From a virus: a stretch of DNA of 52,006 bases. Location: positions 1 through 52,006 of IMG/VR virus record IMGVR_UViG_3300045988_180472; one strand, 5' to 3'. Both the position numbers and the translations under genes were made by a program. Shown here piece by piece: positions 8,630 through 16,205 of the stretch. Numbering within the stretch: the stretch's first letter is position 1; each line of letters opens with the position of its first letter. The notes under the pieces are model-generated. The model saw nothing but the letters and a program-made list of their open reading frames with translations. It was not told where the DNA came from and ran no database searches.

Positions 8630-9802
8630 TTAATCTTCTGCAGAATCTGCAAAAGCCCCAAACGTGGTTTCCGCCGTGGTAATAGGCTCGCGTGGGTCGC
8701 TGTCATGAACCATAACGGGTTTGCCCAGCGCCTTCATATAGAGGTTGCTGAAACCGTCAACCTTCTTCATACCGAGCTTTTCAGCCTGCGCCACAGAAAT
8801 CAGCTTGGTCTCGTACGGCTCAATATCCGCAGCCTCAAGTGCCCTGACTACCTCAAGTTCAGGAGCAGCCCAGCGACGACTGGAGCGTCCGTTGACCACC
8901 TTATAGCCCGGGAACTGACAAATAGAAGCTCGCTTGAACGCCATGGCCTTGATTTCGGCGATGGAACTTTCGAGCTCGTCCAGTTGCTTAAACGCCTCGA
9001 CCAACGCCAAAGTGGCGGCCTCGTCTTCGGCAGAAATTCCGTTCTTGAGCACGTCAGCATGCTCATCACAGAACTTGAAGACCTCGGACGCCATATGCTG
9101 ATAGTGTTCCATGCGTGCCAAGCACATGCCTGCAGCACTGCACCAACGGCACTGAGATGCACCCGGGTTGAACGTGGGCTGCTCGCTCTCAGCATTCTTA
9201 ATGGTTGGCATGAGCTCGTTGTGCAGCCAATCGAGTAAATCTTGCTTGGATAACGTCCATGCCTTGAAATTCTCAAGACGGGGCTGGACGATATGGAGCG
9301 TAACCTGCTGGAGATCGAACAACGCTATTTCTGCCAGCTTGCCGAGAGCATATGCCTTCAGCTGGACATTGTCTTCAACAGCCACAAAGATCCCGCCGCC
9401 AAACTTCCAATCGAGAATATGCAGCGTGGAACTGGCAACATCGGCCATGGCGATATCAGGCGTGCCGTAGACCTGCGGAGCACCCCATGGTGCAAGGGTG
9501 GTTTTCGCCTCGATGGCGAGCGTCATATTGGGATTGTATACAGAATCAAAGTACGTGATACACTGGTTCACCAGCATCAGCTGTTCTTGGGAGAGTTCCG
9601 CGAGCAGCTTATCAGTGCTCCCATTTTTTCCAGAAGTCCGCATACGAACGACTTCAGCCATGATGTCGTGCAGCTGAGTGCCCTCAGACGCGTATTTTGA
9701 TGACCCAAAGCTGGGGTATTGCTCGCACATCTTGACGCTGGCAGGGCAAGCGATGATTCTGCTGAGCTGACTGGGACTCATCGCGGCGTGCGCATTTGCC
9801 AT
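8630..9802 (-). CDS. DUF2800 family PD-(D/E)XK nuclease (Cas4/RecB-like) with C-terminal Cys cluster
   Basis: LHILDWKFGGGIFVAVEDNVQLKAYALG is the classic DUF2800 core. C-terminal CRWCSAAGMC fits a Cas4-like Fe-S motif. GGAGG RBS before the ATG at 9802. Confidence 0.75.
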   Translation of the reverse strand: MANAHAAMSPSQLSRIIACPASVKMCEQYPSFGSSKYASEGTQLHDIMAEVVRMRTSGKNGSTDKLLAELSQEQLMLVNQCITYFDSVYNPNMTLAIEAKTTLAPWGAPQVYGTPDIAMADVASSTLHILDWKFGGGIFVAVEDNVQLKAYALGKLAEIALFDLQQVTLHIVQPRLENFKAWTLSKQDLLDWLHNELMPTIKNAESEQPTFNPGASQCRWCSAAGMCLARMEHYQHMASEVFKFCDEHADVLKNGISAEDEAATLALVEAFKQLDELESSIAEIKAMAFKRASICQFPGYKVVNGRSSRRWAAPELEVVRALEAADIEPYETKLISVAQAEKLGMKKVDGFSNLYMKALGKPVMVHDSDPREPITTAETTFGAFADSAED

Positions 9803-9869
9803 AAAAACCTCCATATAAAAGGTAAAACGTCGCCATGGTGTCATGGCGACGTCAAGTTAATGAGCTTGG

Positions 9870-10091
9870 TTAGAACGTAGCGCGCCGCACAAAGTGGTTG
9901 TTGCACTTGGTGCAAACGGATTCAGTGGGCCAACCAGCACGGAAAAACCACTGAAAGAGCGCGTCGATAACCCAAAACACGCCGCATGTCAAAATGACGA
10001 GCAGCCAAAACAAAGGCTTGAAGCGGCGAGTGGGCTTGTAACCGGTGTTACCGCAGTAAGGGCAGGGATGTCCGACATACACTTGAGCCAT
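9870..10091 (-). CDS. small Zn-ribbon membrane protein
   Basis: CPYC...CTKC pairs plus a hydrophobic segment LFWLLVILTCGVFWVI. Confidence 0.45.
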   Translation of the reverse strand: MAQVYVGHPCPYCGNTGYKPTRRFKPLFWLLVILTCGVFWVIDALFQWFFRAGWPTESVCTKCNNHFVRRATF

Positions 10092-10113
10092 GGTAAGTCT
10101 CCTTATTTAAAGG

Positions 10114-10245
10114 TTAATCATTGCGAAGAGCCAAGCGCAGCATAAAAGGCGCGGCGAACGCCATCAAAGCCTCCCACGGCTGGTTAGTCAAACAGAACAT
10201 CACGAAGAACAGATGGCACATAATAAACGTCTTCTTACCAACCAT
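10114..10245 (-). CDS. small hydrophobic protein (43 aa)
   Basis: ATG at 10245 preceded by GGAGGC. Hydrophobic core FIMCHLFFVMFCL. Shorter than the supplied ORF-track cutoff. Confidence 0.35.
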   Translation of the reverse strand: MVGKKTFIMCHLFFVMFCLTNQPWEALMAFAAPFMLRLALRND

Positions 10246-10435
10246 GATAGCCTCCAACTGACATTTTCGCGCTTCAACCACGCGTTGATTTCTATATGAC
10301 GCGAGCCAATGAAAAAGTAAATGCCCTCGAGCTAAAAATTTGTAAAAAATTTTTGAAAAATAATTCGAGCCGCGCCGTGTACATTTGCTCGCTCGCGTGG
10401 CATCTTGTTCTTATCTTAATGATGGAGGCAACGTT

Positions 10436-10846
10436 ATGAAGACAATTATGGAGGCAGTTATGGACCGCATCACTATCGACACCAGCATATATGAATTCAC
10501 CAAAGAAATCAAAGTCCGTCCTACCGATAAGACAATCGATGCGCACTGCGTGTACGGGTTGACGACAGAATATACCTTTAATAAAGAAACGGACGACTTC
10601 GATGAAGAACGCCATGTTCTTATTGAAGAGCTGTTTGTGCTGTTCAAGTATCGCCGCCAAGGCATCGGGCGGGCTCTGCTCAGAGCGGCAGTCAGTGATG
10701 CCAAGAAGCGGTATCCGAGTATGGCGATTAAGCTGGTAGTCGAGCCGCTGTCGCCCGAGATCGACCAAGATATTTTGGTAGAGTTCTATGAATCTGAAGG
10801 CTTTTCAATCGAACAAGACAACGACGTCATCATAATGTCTTGCTAA
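10436..10846 (+). CDS. small GNAT-like N-acetyltransferase, paralog 1
   Basis: GNAT motif A YRRQGIGRALLRAAVSDAKK. RBS GGAGG before the ATG at 10436. Opposite strand to the surrounding early genes. Confidence 0.6.
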   Translation: MKTIMEAVMDRITIDTSIYEFTKEIKVRPTDKTIDAHCVYGLTTEYTFNKETDDFDEERHVLIEELFVLFKYRRQGIGRALLRAAVSDAKKRYPSMAIKLVVEPLSPEIDQDILVEFYESEGFSIEQDNDVIIMSC

Positions 10847-11208
10847 CAATGGAGGCCGCCATGGAGTTAGCCGTTATCGAAATGGGCAAAGATATTGTCG
10901 TTACAGCGGTAGACCATGAACTGGACGCCTATTGCGTATTCAGCAAACTCAGCGCCAATCGAGACCATGATGCGTTCATTGTCATAACCAAGTGGTTTGT
11001 GTCTCGCCATTTTCGCGGTCGCGGAATTGGGCGCGAGTTGTTCAGAGCGGCCGTTCGTGAAGCCAAAACCATATACCCCGGCTTGTTCATTCATATTATA
11101 ATCCCGCCGCTTGATGAAAGCATGAATTACAGCCGTTTGGTGAAGTTCTTCAGCAACGAGAATTTTCTCGTCAGCGCCGTTGATAATGTGGCCTCTTTAA
11201 TTAACTAA
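10840..11208 (+). CDS. small GNAT-like N-acetyltransferase, paralog 2
   Basis: Motif A FRGRGIGRELFRAAVREAK. Overlaps paralog 1 by a few nt. The two are clearly related. Confidence 0.6.
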   Translation: MLTMEAAMELAVIEMGKDIVVTAVDHELDAYCVFSKLSANRDHDAFIVITKWFVSRHFRGRGIGRELFRAAVREAKTIYPGLFIHIIIPPLDESMNYSRLVKFFSNENFLVSAVDNVASLIN

Positions 11209-11238
11209 CCTGCATAAAATCTCGCTAAAAATACGAAT

Positions 11239-11270
11239 GCCGCCAGCGTGAAACTGGCGGCATTTTTCTT
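11239..11270 (+). terminator. rho-independent terminator after the GNAT pair
   Basis: Hairpin GCCGCCAG-n7-CTGGCGGC followed by ATTTTTCTT. Confidence 0.8.
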
Positions 11271-11360
11271 ATACGTAACGTACTGAAATAATAGACAAAC
11301 CTTTTAAAACTCACAAAAATCAGAAACGCGAGCTATCCTATACAAAATCAATTTCGCAAG

Positions 11361-11380
11361 CCTTAAATCGAGTTTTAAGA
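11361..11380. repeat. copy of the dispersed palindromic element (core CCTTAAATCGAGTTTTAAG)
   Basis: Exact core match to the copies at 18276, 51726 and elsewhere. Confidence 0.8.
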
Positions 11381-11412
11381 GGTACGATTTTTTGAACTCG
11401 CCCGTAACTCGA

Positions 11413-11703
11413 CTAGAAATCATAAGTTTCCACCACCCTGATGCCGCTCTTCGTGCTCTTCACGTCGACGACGTACTTATATGCGCGATATTGGCACCAG
11501 AAGCCGTCGTTCATCAGCTCGTCGCGTGAACAACGGCACCCTTTCTTGCGCAAACGCCTGTGGAGATTGCAGCAGTATATTACGAACGCCCGCGACTTAG
11601 GAGGAAATCGCTCGACCTCCTCCTTAAGTCTGCTTATTTCTACCTCCCGCACAAGACGATGCGCCGTTTTAAAAATGGCGTATAAAGTCAAGTGGTTAAG
11701 CAT
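11413..11703 (-). CDS. hypothetical protein (96 aa)
   Basis: ORF in the early operon. Cys/Arg-rich. No motif recognised. Confidence 0.45.
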   Translation of the reverse strand: MLNHLTLYAIFKTAHRLVREVEISRLKEEVERFPPKSRAFVIYCCNLHRRLRKKGCRCSRDELMNDGFWCQYRAYKYVVDVKSTKSGIRVVETYDF

Positions 11704-11706
11704 AAA

Positions 11707-12396
11707 TCAGCTCGTTTGCAGGCGGGGAAGTTTGTGGTACTCTACGCCGAACTGGTAGCCTGTGTAGTCAGACAACAGCTGCAAATATCCGCGCGTGCGG
11801 AGGCATCCATCAAACTTCGCCAGCTCTTGAACTTGCTCCACAGACAGAGGCAGAGGGTAAAGCGTGTGCATGGTGCCCGTGAAAATAACGCGAATAAAGC
11901 CGTCGTCGATGTTGCAGCAAGCCTTGTTGTATTTGTAAATGTCCATGAAAGGCTTCACTTCCATCAATTCCGCGCTTGGCTGCCATTCGTAAATACGCTC
12001 GACAACAGGCCTGCAGACGTCCGCCAACAGCGTTTTGAGCTCGGTCGTATATCCATACGAGTCAATCCCGCACAAGTTTTTCAGCCTGCGAGAGACGTCA
12101 GAGTAGGTGAAAACGTAAGGGTTGCTGGCGGAAAACTTCCGTGTGAAGTAGAATCCCACATCTCCCAACGAGTCAAGAGGATGGAGTTTTTGCAAGGCGT
12201 TCAGCATCAAGTCCATCATTCCCTCGTTATACTTGCGCGGACGATTGCGATTCGAAAGCGTCAACCAACGAGCTTTATTGCTCAAAATGAGCTTGGCGTC
12301 AACTTTGTTAACCGCTGTATAACAGTCCAGCAGATGCGGAAATTTCTCAATAAGCTGACCGAGAGTGGGAAAATCTTCGTTTCTACTCATTGCCAA
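11707..12396 (-). CDS. hypothetical protein (229 aa)
   Basis: ORF with GGAGG RBS, immediately downstream of the primase-helicase gene. Confidence 0.55.
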   Translation of the reverse strand: MAMSRNEDFPTLGQLIEKFPHLLDCYTAVNKVDAKLILSNKARWLTLSNRNRPRKYNEGMMDLMLNALQKLHPLDSLGDVGFYFTRKFSASNPYVFTYSDVSRRLKNLCGIDSYGYTTELKTLLADVCRPVVERIYEWQPSAELMEVKPFMDIYKYNKACCNIDDGFIRVIFTGTMHTLYPLPLSVEQVQELAKFDGCLRTRGYLQLLSDYTGYQFGVEYHKLPRLQTS

Positions 12397-14665
12397 TTAC
12401 CTCCGTAATGCCATTAAAGGCGCCGTTTTTGAGTTCTTCTTCAGTCACTGGTAGCGGATAATACGTCCTATAAGACCGCTGACGTTGTAAACGCACAACG
12501 CCTTTTGTGACGTCTAACCATTTTGGAAGGTCCTTTCTGCCAATAAGCGGCTTCAAATACTCGCTACAAAGCGTAGTCAGCGCGCGAGTGAGCTGCGCTT
12601 TTGAGCGTATGTCAGCCGTCATATTCGACCGCCAACGTATCAGCCCTTGCGCGGTTTTCAAGTTTACGAGCAGGCCGCTACGTGACGGGTCGCCAATATT
12701 GAGCAAGTAATCAGGCTCAATCTCAATAGGAAAGAGCTCCGACAGCTCAATATCTTGACTGTTTTTGGCCATCAGCTTGGAGTTTTCTTCGTTAAGCTGA
12801 GCTACGATTTCTGGGCTGATAAGCCATGGTTTTTCGCCTTTTTGACAGGCGGTTTGGTACTCTTTGTACAGGTTTTTGTAAAACGCCCGCCAATTGAAAG
12901 CGTTAATCACGTCCCAGTTGAAGCCGCTGACGCGAATTATCCATAACCGCCTTGTGCCGCTTTTGGTCATAGTCAACGAATGCTCGTTCGTCGAACCGAA
13001 CACCATGGCACGCCGCGGAAGCGTGATTGGCGCTGTTTCATATATGGGCGTGAACTCCATGAAGTTCTTGGTGAGCATGTCTTTGCAGAATGACGAGGCT
13101 TGGGCGTCAGAGCCAAGAATGCCGTCGAACTCGTCAATCACGAGAATAGGCTTGCCCGCCAAGGCTATTTGGAAGTCACGATATTCTTTGGATGCCGTGA
13201 GCGGCATCGACCACGTGGACACAAACAGCGAGCGCACATTTTGCGGTATAATGGAGTTGAAGAACCCGCTTTTGCCGCATTGCTCTGGACCAACGAATAT
13301 GAGCATGCCGCCGTTCATGTCATACGGCCCAACGAATTTTGCCTGAAGTTTGATGATGGTCATAAACGTAGAGTACAGCAGGTGCTTGGCGAGAGCGACG
13401 TCTTGCTGTGGATCTAAGTATATGGAATCAAACACTTTATCGAACGTGGCTTCTGGGTCGTCGTCAGCGGTTTCGACCCATTGCATGAAGATGTTGGCAT
13501 CCTCCCTGCCAAGTTCGATAGCCTTTTTTCGCAGCAGCCCAAGGCATTCTTTCAGTCTCTGCCCATAAATGCCGCTTCGCGGATACAGCACGTTTTGGAT
13601 GAAATCCGTCAGCACGGCATCAAGCGTTCTGCCATCAATGGGGCCATATAAGGCGGGCAGAATGTCGTTGTTTTTGACGATTGCCTGCTGACACATGAGG
13701 TCTTCATCGCCCGCCAAAAAGAACTGCGTGCCGTTCTGGAGGATACGCAAATGGTAAAATTCCGCGAACCCCCATACGTTACGTGTGTTGCACAAGTCGA
13801 TGCCTTTGGCGGTTCTCACCTCTGGCGTGTACTTTACTAGGTTGTAAAGCGCCTTAATGGTGCTCGCTGAAACACCGGCGATTTGCGTCGTGCCAAACGA
13901 GACCCACTTTTGGCTGACTGCATTCGCGTCGTACGAAGTGGGGTCGGTGCGGCTCCACTCGTCGAATGCCTTAAACCCTCCATTGGTATTGTAAAGTGAA
14001 TGGATGCCCATACCAATACGCAGCCAAAACTCATAATGGCTGTACTCGGTGCCCGTCAGCTGAAGCCACGCAGCCTTGACGCGCTCGGTTTGGCTCAGTG
14101 AAATACCAGCCAACATCTGACGAAGTTCCGTCAGCGTAATGTCTTGGTGCGACGCCGCAAATGCTTCTAATGCTTGAACTTCGTCTACGTTGTCCGCCTG
14201 CAGAACCTCAGGCGTGAGCGTTGGCGAAGCTGTTGGCAAAAAGGCCGTGTGGTCAATCGTCGTTAACCTACCAATAGACCGCTCGTGCACGTTGCCCGTC
14301 ACTCGCAAGGCGTGCTTACCGACGAAAATTTCGCCTTGTACGCCATACTTGCTTGGTATGGTATACTGCGCTTTGGCGCCATCCTTAGCGCCAGTGGTTA
14401 AGTAGAAGAGATGAATACCATTTCCACTCAACGAATACTCTGTATAGGTAGGCGGAAAGTCTTCTGGTATCATCAGTCCGTGGTCGATGTCGATTACGAC
14501 GAGTTTGTTCTTTGGGCTCGTATACAAGCCAAAGGATTCGCCGTCGACATCCGCCAACGTCTTGCCCGTTTCTTCAGACCCCTTCGCGCCCCACTTTGGC
14601 CGTTTGCCTGTAAACGACGTCCAGAAAGGCAGGCTGGCGAGATCTTGCGGAATGTTTTTTCGCAT
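12383..14665 (-). CDS. DNA primase-polymerase (PrimPol, AEP-like) fused to D5/SF3-type helicase
   Basis: N-terminal LVVIDIDHG is an AEP catalytic-Asp-like motif. Walker A GPEQCGKSG and Walker B ILVIDEFDG in the C-terminal half. RBS GGAGG. Confidence 0.75.
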   Translation of the reverse strand: MRKNIPQDLASLPFWTSFTGKRPKWGAKGSEETGKTLADVDGESFGLYTSPKNKLVVIDIDHGLMIPEDFPPTYTEYSLSGNGIHLFYLTTGAKDGAKAQYTIPSKYGVQGEIFVGKHALRVTGNVHERSIGRLTTIDHTAFLPTASPTLTPEVLQADNVDEVQALEAFAASHQDITLTELRQMLAGISLSQTERVKAAWLQLTGTEYSHYEFWLRIGMGIHSLYNTNGGFKAFDEWSRTDPTSYDANAVSQKWVSFGTTQIAGVSASTIKALYNLVKYTPEVRTAKGIDLCNTRNVWGFAEFYHLRILQNGTQFFLAGDEDLMCQQAIVKNNDILPALYGPIDGRTLDAVLTDFIQNVLYPRSGIYGQRLKECLGLLRKKAIELGREDANIFMQWVETADDDPEATFDKVFDSIYLDPQQDVALAKHLLYSTFMTIIKLQAKFVGPYDMNGGMLIFVGPEQCGKSGFFNSIIPQNVRSLFVSTWSMPLTASKEYRDFQIALAGKPILVIDEFDGILGSDAQASSFCKDMLTKNFMEFTPIYETAPITLPRRAMVFGSTNEHSLTMTKSGTRRLWIIRVSGFNWDVINAFNWRAFYKNLYKEYQTACQKGEKPWLISPEIVAQLNEENSKLMAKNSQDIELSELFPIEIEPDYLLNIGDPSRSGLLVNLKTAQGLIRWRSNMTADIRSKAQLTRALTTLCSEYLKPLIGRKDLPKWLDVTKGVVRLQRQRSYRTYYPLPVTEEELKNGAFNGITEVIGNE

Positions 14666-14760
14666 AGAACCTCCAAGAACTTCATTTTATCGTAAAATGA
14701 AAAAATGTACACATGAAAATGGAACAGGGCGAGCCGTCATCTAACCGTCATCAGGAGCCA

Positions 14761-14863
14761 TCAGGTGTCATTACGCGTAATTAGCTGTTTTTATTAGTTA
14801 ATGACACCTGATTGCGTAATCGGTGACACCTGAGTGACGCCTGCGATGACACCTGAGTGACGC
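14761..14863. repeat. iteron-like cluster: four copies of TGACACCTGA (one inverted), including a 17-bp direct repeat TGACACCTGAGTGACGC x2
   Basis: Copies at 14761-14770 (inverted), 14803-14812, 14824-14840 and 14847-14863. Located 95-200 bp upstream of the primase-helicase start. Confidence 0.7.
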
Positions 14864-15262
14864 TCGATGGCTTATGATGGCGGCCATGAGTTTTCATACC
14901 AAACTACGTTACCATGGGTTAACGCGAGAACTTTCTCGAAAAGGGCTGTTTACAAAAGGTTTACAATGCGATATGCTTTCTTTAAAGTCTTTAAAAGGCT
15001 TGGTTTTCTTCATGAAAACGAAAGATGGCCAATATCGTGATTCGCCCGCAACGCGAATGCGTACAATAGCCCCACGGCTGGAACTAAACAGTTAACCATC
15101 GCACGGCCACTGACCGATACATCTGTAACTGCCATATTGCTCTGCTGCAGGTTCGCACAAGTACCAACACGTGTTAACTGCACTACCCAATGGGTAAGAC
15201 AGTGTGCTTGTTGACAAACGAATAGCGAAAACGCAACATACTCTTTTTCTTGACTTTGTAAC

Positions 15263-15300
15263 GTTGCGAGCGAAAACTAAAAGAGGTTCCCGCTCGCAAC
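15263..15300. promoter_or_regulatory. stable hairpin: 10-bp perfect stem GTTGCGAGCG/CGCTCGCAAC with an 18-nt loop, preceded by TTGACT
   Basis: Perfect inverted repeat read from the sequence. Function unknown (operator, attenuator or small-RNA element). Confidence 0.5.
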
Positions 15301-15325
15301 GAAATTTTAGATGCAAAATTTTTAC

Positions 15326-15455
15326 CTCTAAGTGCTTGAAATAATTGATGCGCAACAATGCGCAACAATGAGCAACAATGAGCAACTTGCGCATTTTGTT
15401 GCTCTTTCATACATTTCAAGCACTTAGAGCCAAAATGCGCAACAATGCGCAACTT
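15326..15455. repeat. 17-bp inverted repeat (CTCTAAGTGCTTGAAAT / ATTTCAAGCACTTAGAG) bracketing four 10-bp-phased ATG(C/A)GCAAC(A/T) direct repeats; two more copies lie just outside
   Basis: Arms at 15326-15342 and 15413-15429. Units at 15347-15386. Further copies at 15435-15454. Confidence 0.75.
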
Positions 15456-15479
15456 TTCGAGCTTCGCATAATTTTTATG

Positions 15480-15720
15480 TTGGTTATATTGTTACTCTAA
15501 GGTAACAATGAACGTAAAAAAGAAGACTCCTTGCATAAAGAGCTTTTTGAAAAAGTTGCACATAATTGCACAATTGCACAAATATAGAATAAATATACAA
15601 AATAATTGAATAAAAAAAAGCGCAACTGAAAAATTTAGTTGCTCATTACCGCGCAAAACGCGCACATTCAATAATTTCAAGCATTTAACTTACTAAATAT
15701 TTAGTAAAACTCCGCTGTTT
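15480..15720. promoter_or_regulatory. strongly AT-rich tract with TTGCACA x3; candidate DNA unwinding element and early/late promoter region
   Basis: Visibly much lower GC than the genome average. Lies between the iterons/repeats and the late genes. Confidence 0.4.
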
Positions 15721-15749
15721 CTTCAAGTACTTGGAATTATTAATGGCAT

Positions 15750-15776
15750 GTTTTAAGGCTCTTAAAACTCGATTCT
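15750..15776. repeat. copy of the dispersed palindromic element (GTTTTAAGGCTCTTAAAACTCGA)
   Basis: Core match. Confidence 0.7.
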
Positions 15777-15826
15777 ACGCGTGCTTCTATGGTACGTGGT
15801 TAAATCCTCACGTTTCCTATAAAAAT

Positions 15827-15870
15827 GCGTAGAATCGAATTTTAAACGCGTTAAAACTCGAATTATGGGC
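15827..15870. repeat. copy of the dispersed element (CGAATTTTAAACGCGTTAAAACTCGAATTATGGGC)
   Basis: Near-identical to 16113-16149. Confidence 0.8.
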
Positions 15871-16033
15871 TTTCGTACGCGTCGTATGAGCCCGTGTCTC
15901 GCGTCTTCTCATGGTATTATGCCAAATTTCCATACAATTCAATCATTTATACGCGCGTAACGCATAACATATTGGAATATATGGAAATTGACCGAATGCG
16001 GATTGCCGCTGCAACGTGTTGGTTTAATTGGCA

Positions 16034-16058
16034 AACTCTTAAAACTCGATTTGAGGCC
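16034..16058. repeat. copy of the dispersed element (CTCTTAAAACTCGATTTGAGGCC)
   Basis: Core match. Confidence 0.75.
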
Positions 16059-16096
16059 TTTGAAATTCGATTCGTGTATAAATACTCGCGATTTGG
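16059..16096 (+). promoter_or_regulatory. conserved late-promoter-like box GAAATTCGATTCGTGTATAAATACTCGCGATT (extended -10 TGTGTATAAAT)
   Basis: Near-identical to the box at 18303-18340. It is upstream of the lysis cassette; the other copy is upstream of the terminase genes. Confidence 0.55.
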
Positions 16097-16112
16097 TTCT
16101 TTTGAGCTCTGT

Positions 16113-16149
16113 GCGAGTTTTAAACGCGTTAAAACTCGAATTATGGGCC
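16113..16149. repeat. copy of the dispersed element (GCGAGTTTTAAACGCGTTAAAACTCGAATTATGGGCC)
   Basis: Near-identical to 15827-15870. Confidence 0.8.
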
Positions 16150-16205
16150 TTCTTTGTACGCGTATCACGCATATCGCGTGCGTTTTACCCGATAAGGATA
16201 CGAAA

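Noticed and set aside
14874-15452. Short ORFs (73-100 aa) inside the 14666..16205 control region
   Set aside because: No RBSs. They are composed largely of the repeat arrays and AT-rich tract. More plausibly non-coding regulatory/origin DNA.
15326-15455. CRISPR array?
   Set aside because: The repeats are only 10 bp long, contiguous without spacers, and variable. There is no leader or cas gene context. Interpreted as iterons/operator repeats.
15894-16205. N-terminal 104 codons of the track ORF 15894..16655
   Set aside because: The segment covers the palindromic repeat and promoter region and has no RBS. The conserved amidase domain begins at the ATG at 16206, which has an AAGGA Shine-Dalgarno. 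Treated as non-coding control DNA.
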